A stretch of DNA of 64,000 nt from Eledone cirrhosa (taxonomy: Eukaryota): positions 130,696,001 to 130,760,000 of the forward strand of contig OZ024740.1 of NCBI GenBank assembly GCA_964016885.1, read 5' to 3'. Under the pieces are notes generated by a model that had not been told where the DNA came from, searched no databases, and saw nothing but the letters and a program-made list of their open reading frames with translations. How positions within the stretch are numbered: the first letter of the stretch is position 1; each line of letters opens with the position of its first letter. Position numbers and translations under genes: made by a program. Positions 52,824 through 64,000 of the stretch are shown here, piece by piece.

Positions 52824-53530
52824 CACACACACCCACACACACATGCACAGACACACAAACATACGCTCACACTCATATATATATATATATATCTTTATAT
52901 ATATACAAGCGAGAATGTGTGTGTGTCTGTACACATTTGCATGCGTAAGGCTTTCACAATTACCAACTGAATTTGACCAAATTGTCTGTGCACGTTGCAC
53001 AGGTCGCTAAGATTGTCACATCCCAAACATTTTTCAAATCGACCCACGTTGAGCAATAATAAATCGATATCAAAATTATCAGTAGAAAAATTGATGTAAG
53101 GGAGATAACAAACGTTATTGAAAATCCTTATAAAAAGGGAGATAACCAACTTGTCAATATAAACATCACATTCATTTGAAGATAAATCACTAATGTTATC
53201 GTTTGTTTCTTGTTTAATCTTTGTTGCACTTTCAAAGTTAAAAAAAAACACTTGTTGTTTTAACTTGGTTCACTATATTAAGTGTTAATTTTCGCGTTAA
53301 GGGCATAATCTCGTAGCAGTCTCGAATTGACGAGATGTTGATGATAGTTTGCTTATTTTTAGAACAATCGTTATGGGACTTTCCATTCAACCGTTGGGCC
53401 CTACAACTTTTTCATTTTTAAAACTTTCATAAGCAAAGCCATGTTGATACAACACAAACATTGTTGTACTTTCAAAGTTAACTGTAACGCTTCAATTCAT
53501 ACATTTTGACTTTACAACTTTTCACCAAAT

Positions 53531-57000
<3,470 letters not shown>

Positions 57001-57121
57001 TTTGCTTTGCAAGATTTCTTATCTGAAAAGTGTGTCGAAGCAGATAGTGTTAACATTTGCGGGGGTCATGCTGTCAATAAAAACAGACGCAGCCGTTGGA
57101 TTTCACTTCAATCCGTTATTA

Positions 57122-57680
57122 ACTAGCTGAGATACCCGGCTTCACAAAGGAGAATAGACAAAACGTCTCTAGTGAATGTGTTGTCTGGTATGAGGTGATA
57201 CCGTAATGTGTGGGAGTGGGAGTGAGTGTGAGAAAGACATAACAACAAAACAATCATAACACTTCCTTATTAGGCTGGGGGAGTATACTGCCGATTAAAT
57301 GGTACCATTGGACTCGGATGTTAAATGTTGTGAAATAACCAGAGTCAATATGATATTTTTCAGCAACAAAGGGCATCAGTTGAAACACCAATATACTGCA
57401 TAACATTGCTTCTAAAGTGTTGCTTCGACAGTATAATCTATAAGTAGTATATGGATAAAAGATGGAGGGTAGATTAATTTCAAATAGTATCAATTTTTCT
57501 TTGTTGTGTGAAATCAAAGATTGTAAAATGACTTTATAAAAACTAACGCAATATTGTTAAACCTTCCTCTAGATCAAAGGATCTATAGTTTAAACCCTTT
57601 CTTGACTTTCGTAGGTCTTTACTTCCCCCTCCCTCTCTATTTCTCTAAATCTCAATATCTGACACTTTAATTGTTTCTCC
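57122..57680 (-). mobile_element. Non-autonomous Helitron derivative (same family as 30968-31710)
   Basis: Minus-strand end gaagccgggtatctcagCTAGt; SGYFTTFNIRVQWYHLIGSILPQPNKE remnant. Confidence 0.75.
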
Positions 57681-58502
57681 CGAGTGCCTAATGTGGGGTT
57701 CCTGTTGCGTAGTACAGAGTGGTCTTCACCTGGGCCCGTTTGGGGGACCATGGGTCTGTTTGGGTTCCCAAAGTGGGTAGCTGGTCCACCATTCCTTCCC
57801 TCGACATGGCTCTGCTGGGTTCTTATATTGCCAGCTCCTGGTTGTGTGTAGTTTCTAAGGCTACCCATAGCTATGTGCTGGGCTACGTTGCGCGTGGTAG
57901 AATACGAGAGCTTCAAAGTGTGCTTGTTGAAGAACCTGTGGTATCTGTGTTCCCCCGGGAAGCATTTATCTAGTGCTCTAAAGAATGACCGGGCCAGGCT
58001 GGTCTTTAGGCCCGCTGAGTAGGGTGGGTTCTAGCACGTAATTTTTCTTAGTCTATCCCTATGAGGGTGGATTGAGCGTGATGTGGGCTGTCGGGGAGTT
58101 GTTGGGTTGCTACTGGTTCCTGCATTGTCGTTTCCACTTTGGGCTCTATGTGTTTTGGTAGCTTCACGGCCCGTACCTGTTTTTTGTTGTTGGCAGGGGG
58201 GGGGGGGGGGGGCACGCTGAGAGTTCTATATCAGTCCCGCTTCTTGTCTTGCAATTTGGGCCGTCGTGCCCGGGTGGTTAGCATCAATCCTGAGAACGCC
58301 CCGCATACTGTATTTCCTCCGATAGCTAGGCGTACGCATTCTTTTCGCTAATGTAGTGGTGCCGGGTTCATGGGGTTTAGTGTCTTCCACTCTGCCTGCA
58401 CTGTTGGCTTCCCCTGCTCCAGGATACCGAGGGTCGCGGGATCCGATAGGCTATTCGTATCATGGCACCTCGGGTTGTAAGATATAGTTTGGCCATGGGC
58501 CG

Positions 58503-58505
<3 letters not shown>
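57681..58505 (-). mobile_element. Nematis-like PLE internal fragment (same family as 28400-28677)
   Basis: RKITC*NPPYSAGLKTSLARSFFRALDKCFP...FFNKHTLKLSYSTTRNVAQHIA; starts at an (AT)n tract. Confidence 0.75.
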
Positions 58506-58538
<33 letters not shown>

Positions 58539-58599
58539 ATGCATATACGCGCGCGCACGAACACATACGCACACACAAATAAACACCCACACCCACACA

Positions 58600-58644
<45 letters not shown>

Positions 58645-60138
58645 ATATATATATATATACTTTTAATTAAAGCTAAATATGGAGTTTGTTTCACTAGAGT
58701 TCATCCTGTTCAGACAAAAACATGAATTTACATTCTACTGCGGCATTGGGTACTCTTTTCTCACAGCTCTAACTTTTTTTTTATGTCCAATATTTATTTC
58801 CATGTGTCTTAGTGATACTTCGTGCTGCCTATTTCTTCTTTTATAATCGCCTAGTTACTCAATTCGCATAGCCTGCCAGCATAAGCTGTCACCTGGATGT
58901 GTCTGTAAAATGTCCAAATATCAAAGTGAGAGACTAGAAAGAACCGATGTAACCTCTCCATTTTTTAGGATGAGGAAGTGAGACATCAATATGCTCTCTT
59001 TAGTTGAACCTAACGTATCTGGAATAATGCTTCTATAAATTCTCACTAACGTTCTGTCCAATATTGTAATAAAGTTTCATCAAATCATTTCACTATTAGA
59101 AATGATTATCTCCAGTATTGAATTAAAGTTTGTTTTCAAAATATCTAAATCGGAAATTATATTAGCATAACACAACATTGTATAACGCTAAAACCTGTAG
59201 CGAAATAATGTTTCTTTAAAACATGTTCTTATATGAGAAAACAGTAAACAAGCATTGAAATGTACTTTTCTATGTTCAAAGCAACATTATATAACGCTAT
59301 GTCAAGTAGTGGTTTAGCGTTTCTTTAAATTAGTTCTATCTTTTGTAGTAGCGCATCTTTAACTCCTGTAAAACGTTATGACCTGTATTAATATAATATA
59401 ACTTCTTTCTTTTCACGACCTGACAGATGGAAAAATGGTTTAGAATCTAAGGTTCTCAACCCATTTCGGCTAAATCCCTTCGTAATCACGAAACGCCCAC
59501 TACCCTTTTTTTTCCATTTTTCAATATACTACTATTTTGATATTAGTAGATTACTAAACAATTGATTAACGATATTCTAAAGATACTATTGCAGGCAGTT
59601 GAAAGTATAAATACATTCCTTGAAAGGAAGTATATAAATTTCAAAAAAAGGAACATAAATGTTCTTTTTTTAAGAATAAGGACCAGTTGAATGTGTTATA
59701 TTCCCACCAGACGATACCAGCTATTTTGAACATTTATACAAGAGCAACTCTGTCTATCCAAAGAGTGCTCTTATCTGGAAGAATGTGGCAATTGTATTAT
59801 TTCAAAGCTTTCCAATTTTCCCTTTAATGAAACGGACAGAATAAATGTTGATATCTAACTTGATGTCCCCTCCGCTTTGTGAGCTTAGAGACCACGCAAG
59901 AGGGTTTTCATGACCACGTAAGAGGGTATTTTCATTAGTAAACAGTAAAATATATACAACGAATGAGTAAGTGAATTGTGGTAGACGGTTTCCAGTCCAG
60001 GCAGACTGCAACTACAAATACAAAATCGACTTACTTAGACCGTGTATCAATGGGACCCATCAGCTTCAAGGAGTTTAGCTAACTCTTTGACGTCATGCTG
60101 GATTGTCGTGAGTTTTAGCCGGAGATCTCCACGTGAGA

Positions 60139-61818
60139 TCACATTGTAGTGGTTGCGAACCTTACTATGCAATCTGGAACAACGCCAAACCCCCTCTCGA
60201 CTAAGTATGAGCTAGGAAAAGGCAAATCAAATCTCTTAACCTCTGCATGTAGGAGTGGAAATCGACGCTGAATTTCCTCTTGCATCCAAAAAAGGGGTTC
60301 ACCTATTTTGGAAAATTTTATTTCGATAATGTCATCTGTCTGAATTTCAATAAATTCTTCCTGAAATTTAACGTCGAAATCGTCGACGTTGGCTATGAAG
60401 GGATCTGCTATCCACATTGGGATGTCCATCGGCAAAAGGTCGACAAACCGTTCTCTCATGTTGTCTTGTAGTGCACGGAGGTGCGCGGTATACATTTGCA
60501 GTTGGTCATCGCTCACAATGTTTTGAACATTGGCGACACTAGGAAAATTATAGAATTCCCGTCGACAAAGTTTCCTTTCGATGACTTTCAATTTGTCCAG
60601 GAATATTTTCACAGCATTCCTTGCTTTAAACAAGGTGATGTTCTCCCCCTGCAAAGCCATAATGAGGCTATTGCATTTGTCAAAGATGTCGGCGAGTTAG
60701 GCACAGTCTTGTCTCACATCGAGTTTTTTTATATAGTTCTGTGTTGCGTCCTCGAAGAAACTCAATGATAGAGTCGAACAGTTCAAAGAAGCTAGTAAGG
60801 CACTTGCCCTTTGAAAGCCACCTCACTTCAGTATGAAGGAGCAGCTCGACGAATTCTTCGTCATTATCTTCGCACAGTTGCAGGAAAATTGGTTCATTGA
60901 GGGCATGGTATTTGATATAAATGACATCAATGGCTACCTGCAAAGACTTTATCAGCGGCTCGCTGAGTTTCTTCGCAGCCAAGTGTTGTCGATGAATGAC
61001 ACAATACACAGAAAATACAGATGGATTTTCCCTCTTCAGAAGAGAGACGAAACCCTTATGTTGGCCGACCATTGCTCTTGCGCCGTCCGTAGCACATGAT
61101 GCAATATTGTTAAGAGGTATCTCTTTTCCTTCGAGGTATCCCTTGACAGATTCAAAGATCGTGGCACCTTTAGTATCTGTGGCTAGATTCAGAGTGAAGA
61201 GAAGCTCCTCGTGCATTTCGCTTTGGTGGAAAAATCGCACGTATCCCAGTAGTAAGGACTGATTCCCGAAAAGTGTGCTTTCATCAAGTTGCAAAGCAAA
61301 TTGTGTCGATTTCAAGATGTTGCATAATGTTTGTTCAACATTATCCGCCATTTCGTCGATGCGTCTCTTTATTGAGTTCTTACTCAACGGAATACATTTC
61401 AAGGTCTTTAACGGGTTCTGACGTAGTACTGTTGAAAGAACTTCTGAGGTGACAGGAGCTACCAATGTTTCACCCAAGGAATGGGGCTTGCCACACTTTG
61501 CGATTATGTTGGCAATATTGTAAGCTGCGACAAGTCCATCAACATTTGAAGCTTCAACTTTTGAAAAGGCAGAAGAAATTAGTGTGTTTTCTGGAATTGG
61601 TCCCTTAGAGACTGAAAGTATGCTAAATCTTTATATCTATTATCGGGGTGCCTACCCAGGTGTCTACCCAAACGCGATGGCTTCATCGCCTCATTCGAAA
61701 AGGACTCCTTGCAAATTAAACACATGGGTGACAGGTGGTTCAACGGCGATGGGATAAATCCGAACCGTAAGTAATCAACGCTGTACTGCCTGCATTTTCT
61801 CTTCATTGCTGAGTTCAT
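60139..61818 (-). pseudogene. hAT Buster/Charlie-type transposase, frameshifted
   Basis: RQYSVDYLRFGF...PMCLIC...NEAMKPSRLGRH (BED finger), FALQLDEST, CATDGARAM, CVIHRQHL, HTEVRWLSKG, FPSSYLVERGF. Possible terminal-repeat remnant ggttctcaacc near 59450. Confidence 0.92.
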
Positions 61819-62537
61819 TTTCTGTTTAGCGAATGTGTTTGGTAAATTTACGCAAAGATTTGCCTATATAAGCCTATAAAATTATGTATAAGGAACTTAC
61901 TATAATTAGTCCTGTTCAAGTAATGTTCTGGAATAACACTGTAATAAACAAAACTGCAATGAAAAAGACAAATGCTGTCATTAATTAACCAAGTCGAGAC
62001 AAGTTAAAAATGAAGATTAACCAGTCTTTCATGTATGAATAGTAATACCCTAGCTTGAGGGAATTAAGGTGGCATACTCAATAAAAGATCAACGAAGCAA
62101 CAAGCTCAAGAGAACTTAATGCAAGAATGACTAGTAATGTGCTATTTTGAAATGGAATTCATCAATTAAGCACGTAGTGATAAGACGCGATAATACTAAG
62201 TTAAGACATTACTTATTATTCAGAGTTACTCAAATTATCGCCCTTACCTAAATGCATCACTGTGATATTATTGTAATGGTGCTGCAATTATAATGGATGA
62301 CTGTTGAAGACTACAAAAGCTTTTCCTTAAACCCAAGGCTATAACAAGACTTGATCGTAGTATAAACAGTCAGTTTATATAGGATTAGCAACAACCTAGT
62401 TATAGAATAAATGATGTGGAAATGCAATGAAGATAAGATGGAGTCAAACAAAGGAATGTTAGTAAGAATGAGCTGAAGTATCGAGGTCAAGCCGATCACA
62501 GTGATGAACGGGTCAGTGAATAATATTGCTCTTTTCC

Positions 62538-63760
62538 AGGGGCCACGTTTGCCTTAAAAATATGAGGGGCACAAACCAACATTTGTTGGAACATTTTAGT
62601 TTTACTTATGTTGTCTTTCCTGAACCCTATCACATAAGTAAAACATTATTTACGCTAATTAAATTTTATATATTCAAATGAAGTTCAGATATAAAAACAA
62701 AATAAGCTTAAAAAGTATTTATTATATCAAATAAACAAAATATAAAACATAGACGTTTGAATAAAATCATATAAAGTAAATGTATTGTCTTTTAGAACTT
62801 TCCAAATGTATCATATCTCGCATCATTGCTGTCAATAAATAATTTAGCAACTTCTTCACAACTAATCTTTTTCAAAACATCTTTATGAACGTCTCATATT
62901 AGAATATGATTCAACCTTTGCTAAGTCATGGTCGATCGCAACCATGTTTTGAGATTCTGCAGAGCGCTAAAAGATATTTCAGCTTCACAAGAACTGGTGG
63001 GAAACATTAAAAGTAGACATTTAGAAACATGCGATGAACTTCTGGTTGGATTTCACGGAATATTTTACGATGATCCTCGAGAGATGATGCACTATGATGA
63101 TTTCTATAAAAGAGTATTTCCTTCCTTAAAGAAAATTCATCAAGCTCTGGATACTGTATGATCACTTCTGCACAAACATTTCCATTCCTGGTATCTTTTA
63201 GGAACTTTTCATTGCCTGGGTAGCTCCAAAGGAGAAATATCGAGTTGATAAATCATTTTTTCTGCTGTATTGAACAGCTCCTGAAATTTTTCTTCACTGC
63301 GTAGATTTTTTTAGCTCCTCCTGCACCAGTTTGACACTATACAACATGTTACCTAGATTGAAGGTGGTACGTTGGAAATATTTGTTCAATCCTTCAAGGA
63401 ATTGATGTAATGGAATTTCAATCTGCAATCCAAGAACACATTGGCCCGGAGAGTGAGACGTAAGAATAACATTAGCTCTGGATGCAATGTTGGTGCCAAA
63501 CTCATTTGTTGCTCCTTGTAAAGAAATAGGTACATCTGAATAATTGTCAAGAAGGGCTTTGACTGCAGAAAGTCGTGTAAGCCATCAAGTAGGGCACACA
63601 TGTGTTAAGGAGCGTGGTGACGATACTTCATTTTCTTCATCAAGTTGTGATAAATACGCTTGCGTAAATTTCCCTGATGTACCATATAGTTACCGCAATT
63701 CATTCACGCATCCTAGAACATTTTGGATAAGTGAAGCTTGTTGTACATACTTAGTTATAA
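62538..63760 (-). mobile_element. Second hAT transposon remnant (Tip100/ZMYM-like transposase C-terminal half)
   Basis: Hand translation: VCPT*WLTRLSAVKALLDNY and LLMFPTSSCEAEISFSALQNLKTWLRSTMT*QRLNH (hAT dimerisation domain). Possible terminus caggggc at 62538. Confidence 0.75.
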
Positions 63761-64000
63761 TAAGTTGAGAAATATGAATGCCGCAGTGCACGTAATGGGC
63801 CAAATCAAGTTATGTTAGAATCTTTGAAATTATCTTTAAAACATAACCGTACGAATTAAATACATAAAAGTTTCAATCCAAAACGAAAGCAAACTATTTC
63901 AAATTATATATTTTTGAAAAATAGACGTGAATGTTCTCAAAGACTTGATTTCAGTCGAAAAAGCTTCAGTCGAAAAAGCTTTCCCTGTTAACTATTGTAA

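Noticed and set aside
60139-61818. Domesticated ZBED5/SCAND3-like host gene
   Set aside because: Split by frameshifts into three ORFs, consistent with a decayed Buster transposon.

Overview
Eukaryotic, AT-rich, microsatellite-dense DNA with no recognisable host gene. The tRNA-derived SINE family and repeat landscape suggest an octopus or other coleoid cephalopod (inference). Most recognisable sequence is transposon debris. The first 10.8 kb is a (TAA)n-anchored cluster of four Dong/R4-like REL-endonuclease LINE fragments plus a near full-length, decayed Tx1-clade LINE. Further on are Neptune-like and Nematis-like Penelope-like elements (PLEs), a decayed Helitron with non-autonomous relatives, CR1/RTE fragments, SINEs and two decayed hAT transposases. 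The main hidden signal is RNA, not protein: about 18 intact or decayed type I hammerhead ribozyme motifs, from several unrelated families, read by eye. Two young non-coding tandem arrays (310-bp unit at 46.4-48.2 kb, 473-bp unit at 36.5-38.0 kb) carry one hammerhead per unit and look like non-LTR retrozymes (circular-RNA retroelements). A third, monomeric candidate lies at 38.8-39.2 kb. These inserts, a 3.7-kb satellite fold-back with U3-A8 variant hammerheads, and two PLE remnants all share one architecture: a head-to-head inversion with 3' ends pointing outward into (AT)n or related dinucleotide tracts. This points to a PLE-driven system that mobilises several ribozyme-bearing RNAs. All folds and alignments were done by eye and need computational confirmation.
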